A stretch of 64,000 nucleotides of DNA from Parcubacteria group bacterium (GCA_016186395.1 JACPLU010000003.1:11883-75882), one strand, 5' to 3'; shown: positions 36,777 to 46,936, counted from the stretch's first letter. Translations and numbers: made by a program. Notes: a model not told the origin generated them from the sequence alone.

Positions 36777-38066
36777 CTAGTTTATCAGTCTTATTCTGTG
36801 TAATTTTCTGTAATAAGAAATCGCAAATCGGTGAGCTTCGGAGTCAATATTTAGTATGAGATTTTTAGTTTCTTTTGGCAGGTCGCCTAATTTGATAGGC
36901 GATTTTTTTGTAGAAGTGAAAATATGATCGCCACGATGTTTGGCATCTTTAGTTAAAGCGATTATTGGGATTTTAAATTTGAATAATTTTAGTATTTTTA
37001 TTGCTAAATTCAGTTGCCCCTTTCCGCCGTCTAGTATTATTAAGTCTGGCATTGGCCATTCTTGATGATTAAATCTTCTTTCTAAAACTTCCTTTAACAT
37101 AGCGATATCATCTGGAGTCGTTTTGCTTCTAATTTTAAATTTTTTGTATTCTTTTTTTTCTGGTTGACCGTTTGTAAAAACAACCATTGAGCCAGTTGCA
37201 AATTTACCTTGAATGTTAGCTATATCGTATCCTTCGATTCTTTTGGGAATGTGAGATAGTCTTAGATAACTTTTTAGTTCTTTTAGGGCATTACTATTTG
37301 TTGTATTCGTATGAGTTTGTCTTTCGATAAACTCAGGATTGGCATCGCGCAGAATTTTTGCATTTTCAAACACCCTTTCCATCTTTTGAATTTTTTGCCG
37401 TAGCTCAATTGCTTCCTCAAATTTTTCATTTTGGGCTAAATTATCCATTTCTTTTGTTAGTTTTTTGACTAAGGCCGTCTTTTTACCACTTAATATGTTT
37501 TTAATGGCATTTATATTTTTTCTATATGTCTTTTTTTCTAAATCTGATACTTTTTTCTTTAAACAGCAAAATCCAAGACAGTTGCCAATATGATAATTGA
37601 GACATAATACATTATGAGTTTGTTTGCAGGTGCAATAGGGGAATATTTTGCGTAAAAGCCTTAGCGTCGTTTTTAAAGCAGTTCCATCTGTGAATGGACC
37701 AATAAATTTTTTGCCAAGTTCAACGACTTGATGGGTAATATATATTTTAGGGAAGTTCTCTTTAGTAATTGCAGCATAAAAATATCGTTTTTCGTCACGA
37801 AGTTTAATATTAAATAAGGGTTTGAGTTTTTTAATAAGCTGGGATTCTAAAATTAAAGCTTCGATTTCAGAGTTAACCATCTGATAATCTAAGCGAGTCG
37901 CTTCATGTACAAGAAGTTTTATACGCGAATCCTGGGTGCTAGTAAAATATGACTTTACTCGGTTACGCAAATTTAGCGCCTTGCCAACATAAAGAAGTTT
38001 TCTGTTTTTGAAAAATTTGTATACCCCCGGTGATTGAGGAATTTGTTTAAAGTCTGGTCTTTGCAC
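36777..38066 (-). CDS. uvrC: Excinuclease ABC subunit C, short form lacking the C-terminal (HhH)2
   Basis: N-terminal GIY-YIG (GVYKFF...LLYVGKA...R), UvrBC-interacting region and RNase H-like endonuclease domain. Only 429 aa. Confidence 0.8.
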   Translation of the reverse strand: MQRPDFKQIPQSPGVYKFFKNRKLLYVGKALNLRNRVKSYFTSTQDSRIKLLVHEATRLDYQMVNSEIEALILESQLIKKLKPLFNIKLRDEKRYFYAAITKENFPKIYITHQVVELGKKFIGPFTDGTALKTTLRLLRKIFPYCTCKQTHNVLCLNYHIGNCLGFCCLKKKVSDLEKKTYRKNINAIKNILSGKKTALVKKLTKEMDNLAQNEKFEEAIELRQKIQKMERVFENAKILRDANPEFIERQTHTNTTNSNALKELKSYLRLSHIPKRIEGYDIANIQGKFATGSMVVFTNGQPEKKEYKKFKIRSKTTPDDIAMLKEVLERRFNHQEWPMPDLIILDGGKGQLNLAIKILKLFKFKIPIIALTKDAKHRGDHIFTSTKKSPIKLGDLPKETKNLILNIDSEAHRFAISYYRKLHRIRLIN

Positions 38067-38151
38067 AGCAGTATTATTAGAACATTAATGATATATCTAG
38101 TCAATGAATGAGAGTTAGTTCAGAAAATATTATTTGTGATATAGTGCAATC

Positions 38152-39102
38152 GTGTTAAGCGAAAGAGCAAAATTATTGCTTTCTAATATTGTGTATCGGA
38201 GTTTGTTTGGCGTTTTTTTTACATACGAACAAATAGAGTCAGTGGGACTTAAGGATGCGCTGACGGAACTTTTTGAAAAAAAAATAATCAGAGAATGCAT
38301 GTTTCATGAAAAAAGATTTATAGTACTTGTTGAACATGAGAAAGAATTGGAAAATTTCTTGGCCATGCGGAAAGTTGCGGAACAGAAAAAGGGGACCCTG
38401 ATAAAATATTTAAAATTTTTTCGTATTTCTCCCTTTATCAGAGCGGTCTTTATAAGTGGGTCATTAACTTTAGGCAGAGTAGAGGACGATAGTGACCTTG
38501 ATGTTTTTGTTTTGACTGCACCCGACCGAATTTGGACAGCCAGATTTTTACTTTCAGCTATTCTCTCATTATTTGGAATTCGTAGAACGAAATTTGAATC
38601 TATTGCTCCCAATAAAATTTGTTTGAGTCATTATATGACTACAAATGCATTGTTTGATTATGAAAGTATTTTTACCGCTCAAGTTCTGGGAAATTTAGAG
38701 CTTTTGTGGGAAGCAAAACCAGAAATTGGCAAGACTTTTGTCAGAAAACATAAATGGCTTCGAAAGTATCTATTAATAAGCCCTAATGAGTTATTGGAAA
38801 AACAAGTTAATAAAATAGGTCAAAGTTTGGTTCAAAAAATAGGGGAATGGTTTTTAAACGGGTGGTTTGGGTCAATCATTGAATGGTTTTTAAGAATTAT
38901 TCAGTTAAGGAGGATAAAAAATGATCCCAAAACTCTACGTCCCAATGGCAGAATAGTAGCAACAGATCAAATGCTCGAATTTCATCCTGATTCAAAAGAG
39001 GGGGAAGTAATCAGGGACTACAATTTGGCTATGAAAAAACTCGGATTTCCCGAGTTTGCGAATGAGAGGAGTTCTAAGATGGAAGTAGTGATTAGTAACT
39101 AA
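38152..39102 (+). CDS. Hypothetical nucleotidyltransferase-fold protein
   Basis: ISGSLTLGRVEDDSDLDVFV resembles the pol-beta-superfamily NTase GS...D.D motif. Confidence 0.45.
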   Translation: MLSERAKLLLSNIVYRSLFGVFFTYEQIESVGLKDALTELFEKKIIRECMFHEKRFIVLVEHEKELENFLAMRKVAEQKKGTLIKYLKFFRISPFIRAVFISGSLTLGRVEDDSDLDVFVLTAPDRIWTARFLLSAILSLFGIRRTKFESIAPNKICLSHYMTTNALFDYESIFTAQVLGNLELLWEAKPEIGKTFVRKHKWLRKYLLISPNELLEKQVNKIGQSLVQKIGEWFLNGWFGSIIEWFLRIIQLRRIKNDPKTLRPNGRIVATDQMLEFHPDSKEGEVIRDYNLAMKKLGFPEFANERSSKMEVVISN

Positions 39103-41287
39103 GAATCAATAGGCCCGTTTTTGTACCTACAAAAAGGCGTTCATTTTCTGTGGTCATACTTAATGGCGCACTGGTAAGATTGAAAAGGTAAAAAAATCTG
39201 AATATAATTGAATTTGTTGAGTCGAAGAATATCAATCCGTTTTCTCCTCTAACTATGGAACTTAGCTCACTAACTCGATGGCTAAATATGCCAACTCGGT
39301 TATCGACTATTGTATTTGTGCCGCAAGATCCGGAGATACCCTTAATCAGTGAGGGATTTCTCGGGTCACTAACATTAAATACTTCTAAACCGGTTTCATC
39401 CAGAGAAGTAAAACAGGTACTGCTGTAAAGAAGGTCTCTGTTTACGGAAAGGTTATTAATATAACCATTTCCAAAGAACGTTTTTATCGTTTTAATGCTT
39501 CTTGGGTTGGATATATCAGCTATTCCAATTCCTGTTTGGCCTGATACAAAGAAAAGCAGGTTTCCAGAAATATGCGGATGATCCACTCCATATGACCCCG
39601 GTCCATAATAGGTATAAACTCTTTTAAGGTTGTAGGGGTCTGAGATATCAATTACTTCAATAGATGCTGATACAGCCACGAAAATCAGATTATCTTTTCT
39701 GGCGAATGCTTTAGCTCCTCCCCAATAAGATGAACGGATACTTCCTGTCAATCTTGGATTATATGGATCCCTGACATCGTAGGCGCTAAACCCTTCTTCC
39801 GGTCCTATTGCATACAGATATCCATTATGAAATAACAGCCCGTTAATTCTACTGTAATCTTTGGCTCCAATTCTACTGATTATAAATGTTTGATTTGGGT
39901 CGGAAGTATCTAGGGTCAATATTCCATAGGCCTTATAGGGATAATTAGTATATCCGACAAAAGCATAGTTTCCATTAACGGCAATGGCAGATACGGATAA
40001 ACCCGTCCATTCCCCAAGAAACTTTGGAGTATTTGGTGAGGTCTCACCAATCAGATCTTTTTTGATAGAATCAAAAATGCTTAATCCGTTTTCACAAATT
40101 TTACTCATGTTTTCATGAAGATCTATGTGGTCACAGTTGGGGCAAGCTACTGTTTTTGAGACTAGGTGTCCGGCGAATGATGCGCTTGCGACAGGTACCA
40201 TGCCGTCATTTCGTTCATAGTGGTTTCTGTTTTTGTATAGGCCATAATTTAAAGCTATACTGCCACAAACTAACTTTTTGTGGTCGTCTTCGGCTTTTAA
40301 AATTTGTCCGATAAGAACCTTAGGTCCGGCCAGCGGGCTTAACGAATAGATTTTATCAACTATGGTTCTATATTCATCACTACGGGTATCTATAACTCCG
40401 TAATAAGCGGTTATTTTGGAATCATAAAGAGTGCCCGAATTTAATTCTTTAAGCCACAAGTTCATGTCAGGGTTATTTTCATCCATGACATGGTCAAAGT
40501 TGTCCCACAGAAGGTCTTTTCTATTTGGTTCGGTGTATTCGATTCTTTCCCAGTCATGAGTCCAGAAAAATAACGATCCTGCTTTAATTACACTAACCCA
40601 ATTATTAAATAAATTTTCTGCTGTCCAGTAACGTTGGTAATCAGAATCTCGTGTATCGGCATTTTTAGCTAAGTCGTTTCTCGAATCACGATTTGTACCC
40701 GGTGAACCATGGTGTGGTGTGCCAAGAGTAATAAGTTTTGTTCTTTCTCCACCGCGCTGATTTTTATAATTTCCATATAGATGAGAATGCTGTTGCATGT
40801 AAGATCGCGCAACAAGTCCTCCCATACTGTGAGCAATGATTACAAATTCGTTGTCGTTTATAAATCTTTTAGCTATTGCGTTGTCAAGTTTATTTCTTAA
40901 ACTTCGGGCGATTTCCCAAACATTTTGTTGATCGCTTAGATAAACAAAGCGATAAGGTTTATATTTTTCTTTGAGATCCTGATCGTTTTCAAAGTTATAA
41001 ATAAAATTATCCCATCCGGATAACTGTTCGCCTGCTTCTTGTTCATCCAGTAAGCCATCTTTATTAAACTCTTTAGTCGCATGGATACCATGAATTAAAA
41101 TAAGAGGGATTTTTTGATCATTTACAACTTCGTTTTTATTGTACGGATAGTTTACTAATTGGGTTATGCCGTCAGCCGGACTCGGATCAAAGCTGCTAAA
41201 ACTATCGGTAAAACCATGGGTTTGGAGTCCAGATCCAAGAAAAGATCCTATCAAAATAATTGATAGAACAAATTTAGGTATTCCCAT
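39092..41287 (-). CDS. Secreted two-domain protein: N-terminal alpha/beta-hydrolase (PGAP1/DUF676-like lipase-esterase) and C-terminal LVIVD-repeat beta-propeller
   Basis: Signal peptide MGIPKFVLSIILIGSFLGSG. IIAHSMGGLV (GxSxG) and GTPHHGSPG. Repeated ...D(I/V)SDP.NP... propeller blades. Confidence 0.55.
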   Translation of the reverse strand: MGIPKFVLSIILIGSFLGSGLQTHGFTDSFSSFDPSPADGITQLVNYPYNKNEVVNDQKIPLILIHGIHATKEFNKDGLLDEQEAGEQLSGWDNFIYNFENDQDLKEKYKPYRFVYLSDQQNVWEIARSLRNKLDNAIAKRFINDNEFVIIAHSMGGLVARSYMQQHSHLYGNYKNQRGGERTKLITLGTPHHGSPGTNRDSRNDLAKNADTRDSDYQRYWTAENLFNNWVSVIKAGSLFFWTHDWERIEYTEPNRKDLLWDNFDHVMDENNPDMNLWLKELNSGTLYDSKITAYYGVIDTRSDEYRTIVDKIYSLSPLAGPKVLIGQILKAEDDHKKLVCGSIALNYGLYKNRNHYERNDGMVPVASASFAGHLVSKTVACPNCDHIDLHENMSKICENGLSIFDSIKKDLIGETSPNTPKFLGEWTGLSVSAIAVNGNYAFVGYTNYPYKAYGILTLDTSDPNQTFIISRIGAKDYSRINGLLFHNGYLYAIGPEEGFSAYDVRDPYNPRLTGSIRSSYWGGAKAFARKDNLIFVAVSASIEVIDISDPYNLKRVYTYYGPGSYGVDHPHISGNLLFFVSGQTGIGIADISNPRSIKTIKTFFGNGYINNLSVNRDLLYSSTCFTSLDETGLEVFNVSDPRNPSLIKGISGSCGTNTIVDNRVGIFSHRVSELSSIVRGENGLIFFDSTNSIIFRFFYLFNLTSAPLSMTTENERLFVGTKTGLLILSY

Positions 41288-41368
41288 CTTAAGCTCCTAT
41301 TTTAAAGATCAAAAAACTACCCTATGGTAGCAAAAAGCAATTAATTATACAAGTTTTTGTGGATTTAG

Positions 41369-41517
41369 TGTATAAATACTCTTTCTCTTTCTTCGCAAAC
41401 CCCAGCGTGGTTTGCTCAGGGGTTGAGCCCTTCGCTCTTACCCCCATCTGATTTAATATCAGGTGGGGATAAACCATGCCCGCTATGGGCTCAAAACCCG
41501 TTCAAGAGTATTTATAC
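41369..41517. mobile_element. MITE-like element, copy 1 (149 bp), with 15-bp terminal inverted repeats
   Basis: TIRs tgtataaatactctt / aagagtatttataca. Internal conserved blocks are shared with 54558-54741: ctttcttcgc, ctcaggggttgagccctt, catgcccgctatgggctcaaaacccgttcaagagtat. Confidence 0.65.
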
Positions 41518-41536
41518 ATGACACTAGAACAAGGAT

Positions 41537-41794
41537 TTATTTCTTATTAATCAGTTTCATCAACCGCGATTTTTTTCTTGCGGCAGCTTTTTTGTGTAGA
41601 TATGTTTTAGAGCTTTTGTCTATTGCTTTATAGGCTTTGGGAACTAAAGCTTTAGCTTCTTCTTTTTTGCCCGCTAAAACTAGTTTTTTGATTTCTTTTA
41701 CAACGTCTTTAACCGCCTCTTTTCTTTTGAGGTTTATTCTATTTTTTCTTTTTGATTGTCTAAGCGCTTTTATAGCTGATCGAGTGTTTGGCAT
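41537..41794 (-). CDS. rpsT: 30S ribosomal protein S20
   Basis: MPNTRSAIKALRQSKRKNRINLKRK is a typical S20 N-terminus. Confidence 0.85.
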   Translation of the reverse strand: MPNTRSAIKALRQSKRKNRINLKRKEAVKDVVKEIKKLVLAGKKEEAKALVPKAYKAIDKSSKTYLHKKAAARKKSRLMKLINKK

Positions 41795-41896
41795 TTGAAA
41801 ATTATTCTAGCATACTAACTTATGTTTGGCAAAATTGTAAAATTTAATCGTTGTATCAATATAGATATTAAGAACTTAGTTGTAAGGAGACTAACT

Positions 41897-42265
41897 ATGC
41901 CAAAAGTACCCGCGGCACTTTTAAAAGAAGCAAAAGAGTATTTTGATCAATTAGAGCAATGCGCGCGTCAGCTATTTCCAGTAAATGAAAATTATGATCA
42001 TCAGGTAGTGTTAAAGATGAACGATAATGGTTCAGTTGAGAACGTTAAAACCGTAATTATTCTTGGAGGAATAGCAAAAAAGACAACTGGAGATGTGGTA
42101 TTTGAACCAGGAATCTATATATTTTTTGATCAAGCCGGGAAGATGAAATGCCGTAGGTTAGACCACTCTATATTTGAATATGAGCCTTGGAAAGACAACC
42201 CAAAGCTTTTGCAAGAATTTATAGAAAAGGCTAAAGACGTTTTAAGCTCGCAAAAGAAATCATGA
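41897..42265 (+). CDS. Hypothetical protein (122 aa)
   Basis: RBS aaggaga 7 nt upstream of ATG at 41897. The earlier ORF start at 41822 lacks an RBS. Confidence 0.45.
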   Translation: MPKVPAALLKEAKEYFDQLEQCARQLFPVNENYDHQVVLKMNDNGSVENVKTVIILGGIAKKTTGDVVFEPGIYIFFDQAGKMKCRRLDHSIFEYEPWKDNPKLLQEFIEKAKDVLSSQKKS

Positions 42266-42281
42266 ACCCCGTTAGGGGTTT

Positions 42282-44288
42282 TTAACTGGCAAAGTTTTCT
42301 TTTTTCAATCTTTGGATCTGCTCACGGATAATCAATGCTGTTTCAAAATCAAGTTGTTTTATTGATTTTTCCATTGCCCGTTTTAGTCGATCAATCATTT
42401 GTTCAAAATTTCCATTTTCTGATTCCGTTAATATGACTCGGTAGTCTTCTGACAACTGTTTGACCTTTCTTTTGATCGGTAAGTCAAAATCAACGATTGC
42501 TTTTTTAATTGTTTGTGGCGTTATGCCGTGTTTTTTGTTGAAGATTTCTTGAATTTTTCTTCTTCTGTTTGTCTCGTCAATCGCGGCTTGCATAGATTTG
42601 GTTATTTTATCTGCATACATTAAAACATGACCTTTATCGTGTCTGGCTGCTCGTCCCATTGTTTGGATTAAAGTAGTTGCATTTCTTAAGAATCCTTCTT
42701 TATCAGCATCTAAAATTGCAACTAGCGAGACTTCCGGTAAGTCAAGCCCTTCTCTTAAAAGATTAACCCCGACTATTACGTCGTATGTTCCAAGTCTTAA
42801 GTCTCTTATAATTTCAAGGCGGTCAAGGGTTTTAATTTCTGAATGAATGTAGTTGACTTTAATTTCGGCATCTGCAAGGTACTCGGTTAAATCTTCGGCC
42901 ATTCGTTTGGTGAGTGTAGTTATTAGAACCCTATGATTCTGGCTAATCCTCTTTTTGATTTCTTGAATTAAGTGTACAACTTGATTTTTGCTTTCCACTA
43001 TTTCTATTTTTGGATCTAAAAGTCCGGTTGGCCTTACCAACTGTTCCACCAGTCCTTTTTTAGTGGATTTTTTGAGTTCGTATTTTGCCGGAGTGGCTGA
43101 AACATACATTGTTTGTTGTATTCTTTTTTCAAATTCCTCAAATACTAACGGTCGGTTATCTAATGCGGAAGGTAACCGAAAGCCGTATTCTACAAGTGTT
43201 TCTTTTCTTCGTCTGTCGCCTCGATACATACCTCTTAATTGCGGAACTGTGATGTGGGACTCATCAATAATAGTTAAAAATTCTTTTTTAGTTTTAAAAA
43301 AGTCTAGTAATGAAAATGGTGGATCGCCGGCATTTCTAAAATCTAAATGACGGGAATAATTTTCAATTCCATGGCAGTAGCCGGTTTGTTTAATCATTTG
43401 AATGTCACGTAATGTCCGTTCAGTTAATCGGCCAGCCTCAATTCCTTTGCCCTGCCGTTTTAACTTTTCAGTATGCTGCTGCATCTCTGTTTGTATGTTT
43501 TGTAATGCAATATCAACTTTATTTTCCGGCGTTATCCAATATTTTGCAGGGAAGACTTTTACTTGAAGTAAACTTTGAAAACTCGGTCGTTTATATTCAA
43601 GTTCATCCTGGTTTATATTTTCAGCTACACCGATTCTTACAATTTTTCCTTTTACAATCTTAAATTTATAAATAACATTTCCTGTGGCAGAGAAAATTTC
43701 AACTTCGTCTTTTGTGTTTCTAAATGTTCCGCGCTTTAATTCGTAATCCCTAATGTACTGAAGTTTTTGAACATTCTTGATAAAATCAACAAGTGAAATT
43801 CTTTGTCCTTCAAAAGCTTCCATACACATTTTTTCATAATCTTCCGGAGAACCAAGGTTATAAATGCAGGAAACTGATGCAATAATAATTACATCGTCTC
43901 TGCTTAAAATGGCTTGAGTGGCGGCGTGTCTTAAGCGATCAATTTCTTCGTTAATGCGAGAATCTTTTTCAATATAAGTATCAGAGTGGGGGAGGTAGGC
44001 TTCTGGTTGATAGTAATCATAATAACTGACAAAATAATGTACTGAATTTTCTGGGAAATATTGTTTAAATTCTTGATAAAGCTGAGCGGCTAAAGTTTTA
44101 TTGTGAGAAATCACTAGGGTAGGCTTTTTAAGATTTGATATTACATGAGCCATGGTAAATGTTTTACCACTACCGGTTACTCCTAATAGGGTTTGATTTT
44201 TTTTGCCATTACTAAAACCTGCTGTAAGTTTACCTATAGCTTGTGGTTGGTCGCCGGTAGGAAGATAGGGTTCGTGTAATTGGAACAT
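42282..44288 (-). CDS. uvrB: Excinuclease ABC subunit B
   Basis: GVTGSGKTFTMA Walker A, helicase motifs, and a C-terminal UVR domain. Confidence 0.95.
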   Translation of the reverse strand: MFQLHEPYLPTGDQPQAIGKLTAGFSNGKKNQTLLGVTGSGKTFTMAHVISNLKKPTLVISHNKTLAAQLYQEFKQYFPENSVHYFVSYYDYYQPEAYLPHSDTYIEKDSRINEEIDRLRHAATQAILSRDDVIIIASVSCIYNLGSPEDYEKMCMEAFEGQRISLVDFIKNVQKLQYIRDYELKRGTFRNTKDEVEIFSATGNVIYKFKIVKGKIVRIGVAENINQDELEYKRPSFQSLLQVKVFPAKYWITPENKVDIALQNIQTEMQQHTEKLKRQGKGIEAGRLTERTLRDIQMIKQTGYCHGIENYSRHLDFRNAGDPPFSLLDFFKTKKEFLTIIDESHITVPQLRGMYRGDRRRKETLVEYGFRLPSALDNRPLVFEEFEKRIQQTMYVSATPAKYELKKSTKKGLVEQLVRPTGLLDPKIEIVESKNQVVHLIQEIKKRISQNHRVLITTLTKRMAEDLTEYLADAEIKVNYIHSEIKTLDRLEIIRDLRLGTYDVIVGVNLLREGLDLPEVSLVAILDADKEGFLRNATTLIQTMGRAARHDKGHVLMYADKITKSMQAAIDETNRRRKIQEIFNKKHGITPQTIKKAIVDFDLPIKRKVKQLSEDYRVILTESENGNFEQMIDRLKRAMEKSIKQLDFETALIIREQIQRLKKENFAS

Positions 44289-44335
44289 AAACTATGAAAC
44301 TTGAAACATGAAACTTGAAACATTTTGCGCTTCAC
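44289..44335. repeat. ATGAAAC-type heptamer repeats abutting the uvrB start codon
   Basis: aaactatgaaacttgaaacatgaaacttgaaacatt, directly 5' of the uvrB ATG on the minus strand. Confidence 0.7.
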
Positions 44336-44365
44336 GTTTTAGGTTTCGCATGTTAGTCTTAAATC

Positions 44366-44953
44366 ATGATTGCTTATCTAAAAGGAAAAATTTTAGCAAC
44401 TTATGATAAATACGTAATTTTAGATGTAAACGGTGTGGGTTATCGCGTCACTTTATCTGATAAAATGATAAACAGTATACCAGGAATTGGTTCAGATTGC
44501 AAATTTTATATCCATACGGATTTTAATATGCATGAGGGGAGATTTGAGCTTTATGGGTTTTACACTCAAGATGAGTTATCGTTTTTTGAATTATTGCTTT
44601 CTGTTTCTGGAATCGGGCCCAAAAACGCACAGGCTATTATTAGTTCGGGCGAGATTGATAAAATAAAAACGGCCATTGCCCAAAATAATGAGAAATACCT
44701 TTGTCAGTTTGGCGGAATAGGTCCAAAAACTGCGAAACGAATGGTGCTTGAGTTAAAAGATAAAATTGAGAAAACCCTTACCAGAACCCAAAAAGGTACT
44801 GATCTTTCAAGTGAAATGGACGCAGTGGAGGCTCTTATTTCTTTGGGTTATAGTCGAAATGAAGCACAACAGGCTTTAAAGGACATTGGAATTAAAACCA
44901 GAACTCTTGAAGAAAAGGTGAAAGAGGCGTTGAAGAGTTTAGGGAAAAAGTAA
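44366..44953 (+). CDS. ruvA: Holliday junction branch migration complex subunit RuvA
   Basis: MIAYLKGKI...VILDVNGVGYRV N-terminus, HhH motifs (GIGPK x2), and C-terminal domain III. Confidence 0.9.
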   Translation: MIAYLKGKILATYDKYVILDVNGVGYRVTLSDKMINSIPGIGSDCKFYIHTDFNMHEGRFELYGFYTQDELSFFELLLSVSGIGPKNAQAIISSGEIDKIKTAIAQNNEKYLCQFGGIGPKTAKRMVLELKDKIEKTLTRTQKGTDLSSEMDAVEALISLGYSRNEAQQALKDIGIKTRTLEEKVKEALKSLGKK

Positions 44954-45004
44954 TCGGTTTTTAAAAGTTTCTTCACACTATTCATCCCGAACAAATACTA
45001 CTCT

Positions 45005-45130
45005 TTGATAATAAGATTTTATGATAAAGATTTAGTAACGGTTTGCCTCTATAAATACTTCGCATTACATGCTTTTATTATAACGAGTTTTCCAACTAAA
45101 TCTTTATTTCTCATAAAATCTTATTACCAA
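45005..45130. repeat. Inverted repeat of about 30 bp with a 60-bp spacer, downstream of ruvA
   Basis: taataagattttatgataaagatttag versus ctaaatctttatttctcataaaatcttatta. Confidence 0.55.
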
Positions 45131-45280
45131 CTCATGTATTTGTAGTCAGGATTCATAAATTCAGAAAATTTTAAAAACTTTCTTATCAACAAAAACGCAT
45201 TAAAAAGTTAGAAAATATTTGTCATAAGTCCCAAGGGGGCTCTTTTGTTTTTTAAAGGAATATACTAGGTTAAAGATACA

Positions 45281-45706
45281 ATGAGAGTAGTTGGAATAAT
45301 TATAAAAGACAGTAAGGTTTTATTAATGCATCGGAAAAGACATGGTGACGATTTTTATGTTTTTCCCGGTGGCCGTCTAGAGGACGATGAAACCGTTGAA
45401 CAGGCTTTAGTAAGAGAAATGAAAGAAGAGGTGAGCTTGGATATAATAAATTTTAAAAAACTATTCCAACTAAAAAATCAGTTAAAAGATGAATACGGAG
45501 GTTATTATCCCGGGTATTCTGAAGAAGAGTATTTTTTAATCGAAAGTTTTTTGGGTGATCCAGTATTAGGCGGTCCAGAAAAAGAAAAGATGAATGATCA
45601 AAATCAATATTATTTGGAGTGGACTGATTTATCAAAAATTAATCAAATCGAAAGTTTATATCCTAAAGAAGCGATTAACAAATTGTTGGAATATTTACAA
45701 CGGTAA
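45281..45706 (+). CDS. NUDIX hydrolase
   Basis: GGRLEDDETVEQALVREMKEEVSL matches the Nudix box (GX5EX7REUXEEXGU). Confidence 0.8.
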   Translation: MRVVGIIIKDSKVLLMHRKRHGDDFYVFPGGRLEDDETVEQALVREMKEEVSLDIINFKKLFQLKNQLKDEYGGYYPGYSEEEYFLIESFLGDPVLGGPEKEKMNDQNQYYLEWTDLSKINQIESLYPKEAINKLLEYLQR

Positions 45707-45742
45707 ACAAAAACCGCCTATGATATTTTAGGCGGTTATAAG

Positions 45743-45964
45743 TTATATAAGTTTTGTTTTCTTTGCGATTAGCCAACAAAGAAAGATCATTGGTGCCGAG
45801 ACCGCTAAAAATAAGGAAATAACTATTGCTGGAAGTTCCTCGGGTTGTAATTTAATCGAGTTGAAATATTGGTCAATAATTGGTCCAATCCAATGAATTA
45901 AGAAAAGATAGTGCAGAATACAAATAATTGTAATTCCTAAGTAACCAAGTAATTGTAGTTTCAT
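45743..45964 (-). CDS. Small hypothetical membrane protein (2 TM helices)
   Basis: 73-aa hydrophobic ORF; no recognisable motif. Confidence 0.35.
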   Translation of the reverse strand: MKLQLLGYLGITIICILHYLFLIHWIGPIIDQYFNSIKLQPEELPAIVISLFLAVSAPMIFLCWLIAKKTKLI

Positions 45965-46012
45965 TAAATTTCTCCTATCAAATCAAAGAACTTTTGGGGT
46001 TATACTAACAAA

Positions 46013-46927
46013 ATGAAATCATTTTTGCAATCACAAGATTGGGTGGAGTTTCAAAAACAAGTTGGACGGAAAGTCTGGCAGTTTAATGATGAAAAAATTC
46101 AAGCAAATATAATTCGGCATAATTTATCTTTTGGTAAGAATTATCTTTATGTTCCTCATGGACCGGAAATTTTATTTGATCAAATAACCGGAGGTATTAA
46201 AAATGAGGTTCGGACGTTTGTACAATATTTAAAACAGCTCGCCAAAGAAAATAAGTCTATTTTTATTAAAGTCGAACCATTAACTGATACAGTAGCTGAA
46301 GTTTTATGTCAGGAAGGTCTTAAAAAGTCAAAAAAAACTATCCAGCCACAAAAAACAGTTGTTATTGATTTAACTAAAACCGAAGACGAACTTTTTAAAG
46401 CTTTAAGCCATGGAGCTCAATATAGTTTATCTGTTGCCCAAAAAAGTAACTTAGAAATTATTCAATTTGAACCAGAAGATTTCAATAAGATTTGGAAATT
46501 ATTTAAAGATACCGAAAAGAGAGACAAGTTCTTTTTACATGAAAAGTCTTACTATGAGAAACTTCTTAATTTTAAAAGTGAAGAATTTTCTACTAAACTT
46601 TTTGTTGTTAAGCGTGAAAACAAAAATATCGCTGCAGCGATATTCGGATATTATAAAGATACAGTTTATTATTTTCATGCCGCGGCTGACATCAAGTATC
46701 GTGAATTTCAGGGACCGCGGACGCTTTTGTGGCATATAATAAAAAATGCCAAACAAGATGGCTACAAATATTTTGATTTATGGGGAATTGATGCTTATCG
46801 TATGCCTGGGGTCACAAAATTTAAATTAAGTTTTGGCGGCCGTGTGGTTGAGTATCCGGGCAGTTTTGATTTGCCAATATCGCGTTTTTGGTATTTAATG
46901 TATAGAATTGCACAAAAGATTCTTTAA
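46013..46927 (+). CDS. FemAB-family peptidoglycan bridge-forming aminoacyltransferase-like protein
   Basis: N-terminus MKSFLQSQDWVEFQ resembles the FemAB-family 'LQS.EWA.FK' start. The size and alpha/beta pattern fit a GNAT-like fold. Confidence 0.6.
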   Translation: MKSFLQSQDWVEFQKQVGRKVWQFNDEKIQANIIRHNLSFGKNYLYVPHGPEILFDQITGGIKNEVRTFVQYLKQLAKENKSIFIKVEPLTDTVAEVLCQEGLKKSKKTIQPQKTVVIDLTKTEDELFKALSHGAQYSLSVAQKSNLEIIQFEPEDFNKIWKLFKDTEKRDKFFLHEKSYYEKLLNFKSEEFSTKLFVVKRENKNIAAAIFGYYKDTVYYFHAAADIKYREFQGPRTLLWHIIKNAKQDGYKYFDLWGIDAYRMPGVTKFKLSFGGRVVEYPGSFDLPISRFWYLMYRIAQKIL

Positions 46928-46936
46928 CAAAAGGAG

